From: Acidimicrobiia bacterium
GTDB lineage: Bacteria > Actinomycetota > Acidimicrobiia > Spongiisociales > Spongiisociaceae
Length of the DNA: 64,000 nucleotides
Assembly (NCBI GenBank): GCA_022827785.1
Contig: JAJEIM010000031.1
Span: 32,549 to 96,548 of the forward strand
Direction: 5' to 3'
A model generated the notes under the pieces. That model was not told the DNA's origin, searched no databases, and saw only the letters and a list, made by a program, of their open reading frames with translations. Positions 28,289 through 37,859 of the stretch are shown piece by piece (the stretch's first letter is position 1; each line of letters opens with the position of its first letter). A program made the position numbers and the translations under genes.

Positions 28289-29916
28289 GCGTCCGGGTTA
28301 CGTTCCTGGGGGGTCTTGGCGAGATCGGCCGCAACTGCGCCGCGGTCGAGATAGACGGCCAGATCGCGCTGGTCGACTGCGGCCTGATGTTCCCCGAAGA
28401 GCACATGCGGGGTGTGGATCTCGTCCTCCCGGACTGGCGCTGGCTGGTCGAACGGCACGAGGACGTCCGGTGCGTGGTGCTGACCCACGGCCACGAGGAC
28501 CATATGGGTGGCCTCGGCTACTTCCTGGCGGAGTTGCCGGTCCCGGTCTTCGGCACCGAGCTGTCGCTGGCCATTGCGGCCGGGCGGGTGGACGAGATGC
28601 GAATCAAGAGGGACTTCCGGCCCACGCCGGACGGTCGATGGGTCAGGGAGGGCCCGTTCCGGTTCCAGTTGATCCCGGTCTCCCATTCAGTCCCGCAGGG
28701 GAGCGGGGTGGTGTTCGACACGCCGGAGGGTCTCATCCTCCACACAGGGGACTTCAAGCTGGATCCGACGCCGATCGACGGGCGCCGCGCCGACCTGCCC
28801 GCCTTCGGACGGTTCGGGAACCAGGGCGTGCGCCTCCTGCTGTCGGACTCCACCAACGCCGAGCGGGCCGGATTCGTGCCTTCCGAGAAGTCGCTCGAGT
28901 CGCCCATCCTCACCATCGTCCAGCAGGCACCGGGCCGGATCATCAGCACCTGCTTCTCCAGCCACCTGCACCGGGTTCAACAGCTGTCCGACGCCGGCCT
29001 CGCCGCCGGTCGCTACCTGAGCTTCATCGGCAGGTCCATGGAACGCAACGTGGCGATCGGGATGGATTTGGGCGTTCTCCACATCCCCGAGGATCGGGTG
29101 ATCAGCATCACCGATGCCATGGACCTGCCCGCCGACGAGGTGATGATCATCACGACCGGTTCGCAGGGGGAGCCGTTCGCCGCGCTGTCGCTGATGGCGG
29201 TGGGACGGCATCGCTTCGTGACCCTGAACGAGACCGACACGGTCCTCATCTCGGCCACGCCGGTGCCGGGCAACGAGACCGCCGTTTCCAGGGTCATCTC
29301 CGACATGATCCGGCGGGGCGCCGAGGTCTTCCACGGGGGGAACGCCAACGTGCACGTGTCGGGCCATGCTTCGTCGGAGGAGCTGAAGACCTTCATCAAC
29401 CTGGTCCGTCCCGATGCCTTCGTGCCGGTCCATGGCGAGTACCGCCACCTGCGAGCGCACGCCGACCTCGCCATCGACATGGGCGTCCCGGACGTGCTGG
29501 TCCTGGAGGACGGGGACGCGGTGGTCCTGGACGGCGAGACCACCCGGGTCGAACGTGATGCGGTGGACGCGGGCTACGTGTACGTGGACGGCTCGGGGGT
29601 GGGGGATATCCGGCCGGGTCTCCTGCGGGAGCGGGCCCGGCTCAGTGATGACGGGGTGCTGGTGGTCGCGCTCCTCCTTGACGGCGAGGGGGAGGAGCTG
29701 GTGAGGTTCCCGCAAGTGATGAGCTACGGGCTGATGGCCGAGCCGACGCGTGTGATGGACGATGTCGCCGAGGCGGTGATGGACGCGGCCGAGAGGGACC
29801 CTGCCCGGTTCTTCCGGGACGTGGACACCGCTGTGCGCCACGCCGCGCGCCGGGTGATCAGGAACGAGATCCGCCGCAAGCCCGTGGTCATGCCCGTGAT
29901 CTCCTACCTCGATTAG
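28285..29916 (+). CDS. rnj: Ribonuclease J (beta-CASP metallo-beta-lactamase RNase)
   Basis: The GTG start overlaps the dapA stop. VLTHGHEDHMGG has the HxHxDH motif, with beta-CASP and C-terminal domains. The dapA-rnj adjacency is conserved in actinobacteria. Confidence 0.85.
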   Translation: MSVRVTFLGGLGEIGRNCAAVEIDGQIALVDCGLMFPEEHMRGVDLVLPDWRWLVERHEDVRCVVLTHGHEDHMGGLGYFLAELPVPVFGTELSLAIAAGRVDEMRIKRDFRPTPDGRWVREGPFRFQLIPVSHSVPQGSGVVFDTPEGLILHTGDFKLDPTPIDGRRADLPAFGRFGNQGVRLLLSDSTNAERAGFVPSEKSLESPILTIVQQAPGRIISTCFSSHLHRVQQLSDAGLAAGRYLSFIGRSMERNVAIGMDLGVLHIPEDRVISITDAMDLPADEVMIITTGSQGEPFAALSLMAVGRHRFVTLNETDTVLISATPVPGNETAVSRVISDMIRRGAEVFHGGNANVHVSGHASSEELKTFINLVRPDAFVPVHGEYRHLRAHADLAIDMGVPDVLVLEDGDAVVLDGETTRVERDAVDAGYVYVDGSGVGDIRPGLLRERARLSDDGVLVVALLLDGEGEELVRFPQVMSYGLMAEPTRVMDDVAEAVMDAAERDPARFFRDVDTAVRHAARRVIRNEIRRKPVVMPVISYLD

Positions 29917-30030
29917 TCCGACCACGGGACGACGGGACCCGCGACAACTAGCTGGTCACGCGGGGGATTCACCCGCCCGCATCCGATAGCCGCCGGCTCG
30001 ACCTCAGGTTGGTGTAGTCTGGTCGGCTAC

Positions 30031-32529
30031 ATGGCCAAGGCGACATCCACCCGTGGGGACACGGGGCGGAGACGGGTGTCACAGGTACATGCGAATCGCA
30101 GGAGGGAGCGGCCCGGGTCGCGCTCCGGAGCGCGTGGTGGCACCGCTGCCCGCCATAGCTCCGCTTCCAAGCCGGCCAAACCGCAGGCGTCCGGGCGCGC
30201 AGCGCGGCAGGGTCGGCAGACCGCACGTTCCAAGCAGGCTCCGCGGGACCGGCGCGGTGAGCGTCGTGAGTCGCTCCCCGCTCTGCTCTACGAGCGCCTC
30301 CGCTTCGGGATCGGCCGCCAATCCCACCACCTGATCGGGCTGGCGCTGGCTCTCGCCGGCGTGGTGGTGGCCCTCGCCTTCTTCCAGGCCGCCGGCCCGC
30401 TGGGCCAGCACATGCTGGATGGCCTGCGGCTGCTGCTGGGCATGTGGGTCTACCTCTCGCCGCCGGTCCTGCTGGGGCTGGGAGGCGTTCTCCTGCTCGG
30501 CCGTTCCACCGAGGGCTACCGCAGGATCCTCTTCGGGACGCTGGTATGGCTGGTCGGGTTGGTGGGTCTTTTCCATCTCATGACCGGCAATCCTGCCCTG
30601 GCCGCCGGTACCGACGGGGTGAAGCAGTCCGGAGGGGTGGTCGGGTCGCTGGTCGCCTTCCCGCTGGAGCGGACGATCGGCTTCTGGGGCGCGTTCGTGG
30701 TGCTGGTGGCGGTGGCGTCCGGCGGGGTGATGATCGCCATGCGGGCCTCGATAGGTGAGGTCCTGATCGCGTCGGGTGAGCTGAGCGTCTATACGGTGAG
30801 GCTGGTTCGAGCCCGGCTCGGCAACGCTCGGGCCCGTTTCGCCGGCATCGCAGGCGGGTGGGAGGAGCGCCGCAGGGCCGTCCCCACCGAGGTGTCGAGA
30901 CCTCGCCGGCCGGACCGTCCACCGCAGCCCGCCCCGGTGACCGCCTCCGGGTCGGACGGTGTCGTCACGGCTCCCAAGCGTCCCGATCCGGCCGCCTCCA
31001 ACGCCCCCAAGGCGAAGGCCGCCGCGCAGGGGAGAGCGCGGCGGAAGGCGTCCCCGGCCGCGACTCCACCCGATGCGGGCGGCTACCGGCTGCCGCCTCT
31101 CGACCTGCTGGACACACCCAAGGCCGAGCGCCGGAGCGGGAGGATGGTCCAGGAGACCGCCCGCCAGCTCGAAGCCACGCTCAAGGATCATGAGGTCAAC
31201 GCCCGGCTTACCAACGTGGTGTCCGGACCGACCGTCACCCGCTATGAGATCGAACTAGCCGCCGGGGTCAAGGTGGCCCGGGTCACCAACCTGGCCGGTG
31301 ACATCGCCTACGCCCTGGCGACCCCTGACGTGCGGCTCCTGGCGCCCATACCCGGCCGGTCGGCGATCGGGGTGGAGGTTCCGAACCGGCGCCGCCGGCT
31401 GGTCACGCTCGGCCATGTGCTCGCTTCGGAGGAAGCGGCCGGCAACAGCCATCCGCTTGCGGTCGGTCTGGGAGAGGACATCTCGGGGCGGCCCGTCCTG
31501 GTCAACCTGGCCGAGTTGCCGCACCTGCTCATCGCCGGCGCGACCGGTGCCGGCAAGTCCTCGTGCATCAACTCGATCGTCACGTCCATCCTGATGAGGG
31601 CCAAGCCGGAGGATGTCCGGTTGATCATGGTCGACCCCAAGCGGGTGGAGCTCGGCCAGTACAACGGGGTTCCCCACCTGCTCACCCGGGTGATCACCAA
31701 GCCGAAGAAGGCCTTGGAGGCTCTGCAGTGGGCGGTCGGGGAGATGGACCGGCGCTACGAACTGCTCGCGGAGAGCGGGGTGCGGGACATCACGGGTTAC
31801 CGGGAGAAATACGACGCCGGAGGTCTGGAGACGGCCAAGTTCGATCGCTTCCCGTACGTGGTGGTGGTTGTCGACGAGCTCAACGATCTGATGATGGTGG
31901 CGGGGCGCGATGTCGAGTCGGCCATCGTCCGCATCGCTCAGATGGCCCGGGCGGTCGGGATCCACCTGGTGATCGCCACCCAGCGGCCCTCGGTCAACGT
32001 GATCACCGGCGTGATCAAGGCCAACATTCCGAGCCGGTTCGCGTTCTCCGTGGCGTCCCAGGCCGATTCCCGCGTGATCATCGACGTGGTGGGCGCCGAG
32101 AAGCTGGTGGGAGTGGGGGACATGCTGGTCATCACCGCCCGCGAACCGCGCCCCCAACGGGTGCAGGGCTCCTGGGTGAGCGAGGGTGAGGTGGCGGCGG
32201 TGGTCAAGTGGGTGCGGGATCAGAAGAAGGTGGAGTACCGGAAGATCGAGGAGGAGGTCCGCGAGTCCAAGCGCCAGGACGCCACCGATGAGGACGAGGG
32301 CGAGGACGCCGACCTGATCCGGCGGGCCTCCGAGCTCGTGGTTCGCTCGCAACTGGGATCGACATCCATGTTGCAGAGAAAGCTCCGGATCGGGTTCGCC
32401 CGGGCAGGGCGGATCATGGACATCCTCGAGACCAGGGGGATCGTCGGGCCTTCCGAGGGCTCCAAAGCCCGCGAAGTGCTGGTCACCATGGAGGAGCTGG
32501 AACAGGAACGCCCGAAGGTGCCCGTCTGA
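30031..32529 (+). CDS. ftsK: DNA translocase FtsK
   Basis: A polytopic N-terminus is followed by a Pro/Ala-rich linker, the motor with Walker A GATGAGKSS and Walker B VVVVDELNDL, and a C-terminal gamma winged helix (MLQRKLRIGFARAGRIMDILE). Confidence 0.85.
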   Translation: MAKATSTRGDTGRRRVSQVHANRRRERPGSRSGARGGTAARHSSASKPAKPQASGRAARQGRQTARSKQAPRDRRGERRESLPALLYERLRFGIGRQSHHLIGLALALAGVVVALAFFQAAGPLGQHMLDGLRLLLGMWVYLSPPVLLGLGGVLLLGRSTEGYRRILFGTLVWLVGLVGLFHLMTGNPALAAGTDGVKQSGGVVGSLVAFPLERTIGFWGAFVVLVAVASGGVMIAMRASIGEVLIASGELSVYTVRLVRARLGNARARFAGIAGGWEERRRAVPTEVSRPRRPDRPPQPAPVTASGSDGVVTAPKRPDPAASNAPKAKAAAQGRARRKASPAATPPDAGGYRLPPLDLLDTPKAERRSGRMVQETARQLEATLKDHEVNARLTNVVSGPTVTRYEIELAAGVKVARVTNLAGDIAYALATPDVRLLAPIPGRSAIGVEVPNRRRRLVTLGHVLASEEAAGNSHPLAVGLGEDISGRPVLVNLAELPHLLIAGATGAGKSSCINSIVTSILMRAKPEDVRLIMVDPKRVELGQYNGVPHLLTRVITKPKKALEALQWAVGEMDRRYELLAESGVRDITGYREKYDAGGLETAKFDRFPYVVVVVDELNDLMMVAGRDVESAIVRIAQMARAVGIHLVIATQRPSVNVITGVIKANIPSRFAFSVASQADSRVIIDVVGAEKLVGVGDMLVITAREPRPQRVQGSWVSEGEVAAVVKWVRDQKKVEYRKIEEEVRESKRQDATDEDEGEDADLIRRASELVVRSQLGSTSMLQRKLRIGFARAGRIMDILETRGIVGPSEGSKAREVLVTMEELEQERPKVPV

Positions 32530-32594
32530 TCCGTCCCGGCGGCGGGTGACGTTACGCGGTCGATGGGCGAGCGGGTGGCCCGGCTCGCGTACTA

Positions 32595-33788
32595 TTGGAC
32601 CCGATGCCCTACGTGTTCGAACTACCCGACATAGGTGACGGCCTCACCGAGGCCGACATCGTCCGGTGGCATGTTGATGTGGGCGGGCCCGTGGAGGCCG
32701 ATCAGGTTCTGGTCGATGTCGAGACGGCCAAAGCGGTGGTGGAGATCCCCGCGCCCGCCGGAGGGACGGTCCTGCACCACGGCGCTCGAGAGGGTGAGAC
32801 CCTGGCGGTGGGAGCTGTGCTGGCGGTCATCGGCCGGGCCGGGGAGGTCTGGCCCGATGGCGACCCACCCCGTGACGCAGCGACCGGTTCGCCGCGGTCC
32901 ACCGGGCCGGGAGGCCGGGACACCGGCGGCGCGAAGCCGGCAGGGGAGGGCTCCGTCAAGGCACTGCCTGTAGTGCGGCGGCTCGCCCGGGAACACGGCA
33001 TCGACCTGTCCTCCGTCCGGGGGACCGGACCCGGCGGGAAGATCACGAGGGATGACGTGATGGCGGCTGTCGACGGCGGCCCGCCGGACAGTGCCGTGGC
33101 ACCGATCGCGGGCGAGCGGGTACGCCTCTCGATGCTCCGCCGCACCATCGCCGGCCACATGACGGCCTCATGGCGGGAGATACCCCATGTGACCGTTTTT
33201 CATGACGCCGATGCCACCCGCCTGCTGGCGGGTCGGCGGGCGCTGGCTGCCCGCCACGGGCGGAGCATCCCGATGGAGGCCTTGGTGATCAAGGCCCTAG
33301 TTCCGGTCCTGGAGGAGTTCCGGGTCTTCAACGCAACGCTGGAGGGTGACGAGCTGGTGTTCCACCCCTCCATGGATATGGGGATCGCCGTGGACACCGA
33401 TGAAGGCCTGCTGGTGCCGGTGATCCGCCAATCGGAGAAGCTGGGCCTCATGGAGCTGGCGGCGACCATCGCCGACCTCGGAGTCAAGGGCAAGGCCCGG
33501 TCGCTCGGCCCTGACGACCTGACCGGCGCCACCTTCACGGTCTCCAACATCGGAGCCCTGGGAGGCGGGAGGGGTACCCCCATCATCCCCTCGGGGACCA
33601 CGGCCATTCTCGTCATCGGCAGGGCCGCCGACACCCCGGTGGTCCGGGACGGCGCGGTGACCGTGGCGCCCATGATGCCGCTGTCGCTCGGTTTCGACCA
33701 CCGGGCGATCGACGGGGGCCTCGGGCAGCGGTTCCTGAACAGGCTGGTCGAGAACCTGGAGGAACCGGCCCTGTTCATGGCCGGCTAG
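32595..33788 (+). CDS. 2-oxoacid dehydrogenase E2 component (dihydrolipoamide acyltransferase)
   Basis: A lipoyl domain (VETAKAVVEIPAP), a peripheral subunit-binding domain (PVVRRLAREHGIDLSSVRGTGPGGKITRDDV), and a catalytic domain with DHRAIDG. Confidence 0.8.
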   Translation: MDPMPYVFELPDIGDGLTEADIVRWHVDVGGPVEADQVLVDVETAKAVVEIPAPAGGTVLHHGAREGETLAVGAVLAVIGRAGEVWPDGDPPRDAATGSPRSTGPGGRDTGGAKPAGEGSVKALPVVRRLAREHGIDLSSVRGTGPGGKITRDDVMAAVDGGPPDSAVAPIAGERVRLSMLRRTIAGHMTASWREIPHVTVFHDADATRLLAGRRALAARHGRSIPMEALVIKALVPVLEEFRVFNATLEGDELVFHPSMDMGIAVDTDEGLLVPVIRQSEKLGLMELAATIADLGVKGKARSLGPDDLTGATFTVSNIGALGGGRGTPIIPSGTTAILVIGRAADTPVVRDGAVTVAPMMPLSLGFDHRAIDGGLGQRFLNRLVENLEEPALFMAG

Positions 33789-33932
33789 CCCGGCATCCTC
33801 CCGGGTTTCTCAGCGGGCAGGAGGCGGTCCGATCCGTACCCGGCCAGCCGGTCTGTCTCGGTAGCATTGTCGGGTGACCGGGGATCGAAGGCCTAAGGCA
33901 CCGGCGCGCACCTACCCGGGGGGATTCCGGCG

Positions 33933-34751
33933 GTGGTGAGCGCAGCCTCGCGTGACCCGGCGCTGGTGGACCGCCGCCACCGGTCGCTGGCGCCCGTTCG
34001 CGAATCCGATTTGCCGAGCCGGGTCATGACCATCCCGGGATGCGAGGGCCGGATCGAGGCCCGGACCCTCTCGAAGGACATGTCGGGGCCGGCGACCCGT
34101 CTCGTCATGCTGAGTTCGGGATGGGGGTCGGGCGTGGCGGGGGCGTTCACCGCCGACGTCGAGCTGTTCGTCATACGCGGCGACCTGATGGTGGCGGGAG
34201 AGCGAGTCGGCCAGTACGACTACGCAGCCGTCCGATCGGGCGAGGTGATCCCCGGAATACGGGCACTCTCATCCACGCTGGCGCTCCTGATGACCTCGGC
34301 GCCGGTCCGGTACGACAGCTCCGCGGGCGGGATGCTCGCCAGGGCCCTGATCGGCTCGGCGAGCGGGTCTCCGTGGGTGCCTGTCAGCGAACTGCCGGGC
34401 CGGTTCATCCGCCCCCTCGCGGACGGTCTCCACGGTCAGGTGTGGCTGGCGGGGGGTCGCGGCTGGACCAACGAGGACGGTCCGTGGCATTCCCACCCCG
34501 GCGCGGAGGAGGTCTTCGTGCTCGACGGGGAGTTCACCGTCGCCGAGCGCCTGTCAGACCATGACCCGGATACCCCCGGCGGTGGGGCACGCGATCAGAT
34601 CCACCGATGGGAAGCGGGGACGTACACCTACCGCCTCCCGGGGCAACTCCACGCCGGCCCCGGCTCGAGCTCATCGGAACTGGCCCTCGCCTTCCACCGC
34701 ATGCACGGTCCGCGGGACTGTCTGTGGACGGACGGCATACCGGCCACCTGA
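33933..34751 (+). CDS. Cupin domain-containing protein
   Basis: WHSHPGAEEVFVLDGEF fits the cupin fold with His-rich motifs. Its function is unknown. Confidence 0.45.
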   Translation: MVSAASRDPALVDRRHRSLAPVRESDLPSRVMTIPGCEGRIEARTLSKDMSGPATRLVMLSSGWGSGVAGAFTADVELFVIRGDLMVAGERVGQYDYAAVRSGEVIPGIRALSSTLALLMTSAPVRYDSSAGGMLARALIGSASGSPWVPVSELPGRFIRPLADGLHGQVWLAGGRGWTNEDGPWHSHPGAEEVFVLDGEFTVAERLSDHDPDTPGGGARDQIHRWEAGTYTYRLPGQLHAGPGSSSSELALAFHRMHGPRDCLWTDGIPAT

Positions 34752-35729
34752 TCAGATCAGGCCCATGACCTCCCGGGCGGCGGCCACGATCTCATCCGCT
34801 CCCGGAACGACCGCTCCTTCCAGCGGCGGGCTGAACGGGATGGGTGCTTGGGCGGCGCCCACCCGCACCGGGGCGGCTCGTAACCGGTCGAAGACCTCGA
34901 CGGTGATGGCGGCCACCAGCTCGGCGCCGAACCCACCGAACTCCCAGGCCTCGTGGGCCACCACCACCCGACCGGTCCTGGCCACGGAGGACAGCACAGT
35001 GTCGAGGTCGAGCGGGACCAGCGACCGGAGGTCGATCAGTTCGGCCTCGATACCCATCCCGGTCAGCTCGGAACAGGCCTTCTCGGCATGGAGGGCCATC
35101 ACCGAGTAGGTGACGATGGTCAGATCCGTGCCCCTGCGGCGAACCGCGGCCGAACCGAGCGGAACCACATGGTCGCCGACCGGTACCGGCCCTCGTTTGG
35201 CGGTGATCCGCTTGTTCTCCAGGTAGACCACCGGGTCGTCGTCCGCGATGGCCGCCCGCAGCAGGCCCTTGGCGTCGGCCGGGTTGGAAGGGGCCACCAC
35301 CTTCAGGCCGGGCAGGTGGGTGAAAAGGCCTTCCAGGCTGGACGAATGCTGGCCGGCCGATGAGCGGAGCACCCCGTCGGAGGCGCGGAGCACCAGCGGG
35401 ACCGACACCTGCCCGCCGAACATGTAGCGGAACTTGGCCGCCTGGTTGACGATCTCGTCCATGGCGCCGAGGGTGAACTCGACGAAGCTCATCGACGCCA
35501 CAGGACGCAGTCCGGTTACCGCCGCCCCGACGCCGACCGCCATGATGATCGCCTCGGAGATGGGCATGTCTATGACCCGGTCGTGTCCGAACTCGTCCAC
35601 CAAGCCCCGGAACTGCCCGAAGTTGCCGCCCCAGCTGATGTCCTCCCCGAGCACCACCACCCGGTCGTCCTCTCGCATGGCGAACCTCGTGGCGTCCACG
35701 GTCGCCTGGCCGAAGCTCATCCTCCGCAT
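34752..35729 (-). CDS. 2-oxoacid (pyruvate/acetoin/branched-chain) dehydrogenase E1 beta subunit
   Basis: The transketolase-like region reads FAMREDDRVVVLGEDISWGGNFGQFRGLVDEFGHDRVIDMPISEAIIMAVGVGAA. The start at 35729 is the Met at position 74 of the track ORF, preceded by a GGAGGG Shine-Dalgarno. Confidence 0.8.
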   Translation of the reverse strand: MRRMSFGQATVDATRFAMREDDRVVVLGEDISWGGNFGQFRGLVDEFGHDRVIDMPISEAIIMAVGVGAAVTGLRPVASMSFVEFTLGAMDEIVNQAAKFRYMFGGQVSVPLVLRASDGVLRSSAGQHSSSLEGLFTHLPGLKVVAPSNPADAKGLLRAAIADDDPVVYLENKRITAKRGPVPVGDHVVPLGSAAVRRRGTDLTIVTYSVMALHAEKACSELTGMGIEAELIDLRSLVPLDLDTVLSSVARTGRVVVAHEAWEFGGFGAELVAAITVEVFDRLRAAPVRVGAAQAPIPFSPPLEGAVVPGADEIVAAAREVMGLI

Positions 35730-35796
35730 CGTCCCGTCCCTCCGAGCCATCTCTAGCGGGAATGGACCGGGCAGCGACCGGATGGCATACCGGTGG

Positions 35797-36801
35797 TCAT
35801 GCGCGTCCAGTCGCAGGTACAGCGGTCGCCCCGGTGAACACGTCCTCGAGGGCGGTGCCGCCCTCCGGATACGGACTCGTCTCGGCGAAGCGCACTGCGG
35901 CGGACACTTCCTCTGCGGCCTCGGCCCATACCGCCTCACGCGGTCCATCCTTCATGAGCCCCTCGTCGGTAAGCGTCCGTTCCCACCGGACGATCGGATC
36001 CGCCCAGCGGCGGGCCTCCACTTCGGCGGACTCCCGGTAGACCTCGGCATCCCCCACGTAATGGCCTCCGAAGCGGTAGGTCTCCATGTTCAGCAGGGTC
36101 GGCCCCCCTCCCTCGCGGGCGCGGGCTACGGCTTCGAGCGCCTCGTGGTAGGTCGCCGAAGGGTCGTTGCCGTCCACCGTGACGCCGGGGATCCCGTAAG
36201 CAGAGGCCCGGACGGAGAGGTCTTCCACCGCGGTGGTGCGGAGTCGGGAGGTGAACTGGGCGTACTGGTTGTTCTCGCACACGAACACCACCCCCAGGCG
36301 ATGGGTGGCGGCGAAGTTGAGCGCCTCGTGGAAGGTTCCCTTGTTGATGCCCCCGTCCCCGAAGAATCCCACCGCCACCTGGCGGGTGCCCCGGTAGCGG
36401 GCGGAGAGGGCGGCCCCGGCGGCGATGCCCAGGCCGCCGGCCACGATCCCGTTTGCCCCCAGCATCCCGACCGAGAAGTCGGCCACATGCATCGAACCGC
36501 CCCGTCCGCGGCACGCGCCGGTCTCCTTGCCGTACAGCTCAGCCATGATCGGACCGAGCTCCATGCCCTTGGCGATGGCGTGGCCGTGACCGCGATGGGT
36601 CGAGGTGATGTAGTCGTCACGGTTCAGGGCGGAGCACACGCCTGCGGCGATGGCCTCCTGGCCGATGTACGTATGGACGAAACCGGGTAGCTCGCCGGCC
36701 TTGAACAGCTGCTCGACCCGGGACTCGAACACCCGGATCCGCACCATGGTCCGGTGGATGCTGAGGGCCAGGCCGGGAGACATCGTCTCGGTAAGGCTCA
36801 T
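35797..36801 (-). CDS. 2-oxoacid dehydrogenase E1 alpha subunit (TPP-dependent)
   Basis: YIGQEAIAAGV...HRGHGHAIAKG...GDGGINKGTFHEALNFA carries the TPP-binding GDG...N motif. Confidence 0.8.
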   Translation of the reverse strand: MSLTETMSPGLALSIHRTMVRIRVFESRVEQLFKAGELPGFVHTYIGQEAIAAGVCSALNRDDYITSTHRGHGHAIAKGMELGPIMAELYGKETGACRGRGGSMHVADFSVGMLGANGIVAGGLGIAAGAALSARYRGTRQVAVGFFGDGGINKGTFHEALNFAATHRLGVVFVCENNQYAQFTSRLRTTAVEDLSVRASAYGIPGVTVDGNDPSATYHEALEAVARAREGGGPTLLNMETYRFGGHYVGDAEVYRESAEVEARRWADPIVRWERTLTDEGLMKDGPREAVWAEAAEEVSAAVRFAETSPYPEGGTALEDVFTGATAVPATGRA

Positions 36802-37550
36802 TGGGCGGTGTATCCCCCGTCGACGGCGATGATCTGGCCGGTGATCATCGCAGCGGCGTCACCGGCCAGGAACACCACCGGTCCGGCGACATCGGCCGGG
36901 GTTCCCAGCCTCCCTATCGGGGTGCGGGTGAGGAAGAACTCCTTGAGGTGTGGCTCCACCTCCCATTGCCTCCGCACGAGGGCGGTGCCTATGTGTCCGG
37001 GGGCGATCGCATTGACCCGGACCCCCGACGGCGCCCACTCCACGGCCAGGGTCCTGGTCATCTGGACCACCCCGCCCTTGCTGGTCTGGTACCCGACGCT
37101 GCCGGGGAAGGCCACCAGCCCGCCGATGGACGCGATGTTGATGATCGAGCCGCCGCCCTGTTCGATCATTCGACGTCCCACCGCCTGGCACATGTAGAGG
37201 CTGCCCTTGACGTTCACGTCTATGACCCGCGCCAGCAGGTCAGGTGAATAGTCGGTTGCGGCGCCGCGGCCACCGATGCCGGCGCTGTTGACCAGCACGT
37301 CGATCGGACCCAGGTGGGTGCTGATGTGGTCGACCGCCGCCTCGACGCCCTGCTGATCGGAGACGTCCAGGGTCACGGCGGTTCCCGCGACAGAACTCGC
37401 CACCTGCCGGTTGGCCGCGCTCGCGATGTCCGCACCCACCACCTCGGCGCCGGCCGCCGCGAGGGCCAGGGCGATGGCCTTGCCCAGGCCGCCGGCCGAT
37501 CCGGTAACCAGCGCCCTCCGACCCTCGAGGCCGAATCCGGGAGGGTTCAC
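36798..37550 (-). CDS. SDR family oxidoreductase (acetoin reductase/2,3-butanediol dehydrogenase-like by context)
   Basis: ALVTGSAGGLGKA, NASAG, and YQTSKGG (YxxxK). It overlaps E1 alpha by 4 nt. Confidence 0.7.
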   Translation of the reverse strand: MNPPGFGLEGRRALVTGSAGGLGKAIALALAAAGAEVVGADIASAANRQVASSVAGTAVTLDVSDQQGVEAAVDHISTHLGPIDVLVNSAGIGGRGAATDYSPDLLARVIDVNVKGSLYMCQAVGRRMIEQGGGSIINIASIGGLVAFPGSVGYQTSKGGVVQMTRTLAVEWAPSGVRVNAIAPGHIGTALVRRQWEVEPHLKEFFLTRTPIGRLGTPADVAGPVVFLAGDAAAMITGQIIAVDGGYTAQ

Positions 37551-37801
37551 GGGTCGATGTAGGCGAGGGTCGCGCCCACCGGCACCTCGTCATCGGAGGC
37601 GGGCGCCACGATCTCGATGGTGCCGCTCGCCGGTGACTCCAACGCGACCTCGGCTTTCTCGGTCTCCACGACGACCACCTCCTGGCCCTCGACCACGGCG
37701 GAGCCCGGGTCGACCAGCCATTCGATCACCACCACCTCCTCGACCACTCCCATCTGCGGGACGGTCAGGGGCAGGCGATGGGAAGGGTCAGATGCGCTCA
37801 T
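37547..37801 (-). CDS. Stand-alone biotin/lipoyl attachment domain protein
   Basis: GQEVVVVETEKAEVALESPASGTIEI has the lipoyl-lysine motif ETEKA. The start is taken at the internal Met at 37801 (GGAGG upstream); the track ORF extends to 37867 (GTG). Confidence 0.55.
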   Translation of the reverse strand: MSASDPSHRLPLTVPQMGVVEEVVVIEWLVDPGSAVVEGQEVVVVETEKAEVALESPASGTIEIVAPASDDEVPVGATLAYIDP

Positions 37802-37859
37802 CAGGACGGATGCCTCCGGGATCTTGGCTGTGGCAGGCCGATTCTCGCACGTCCGGGCT

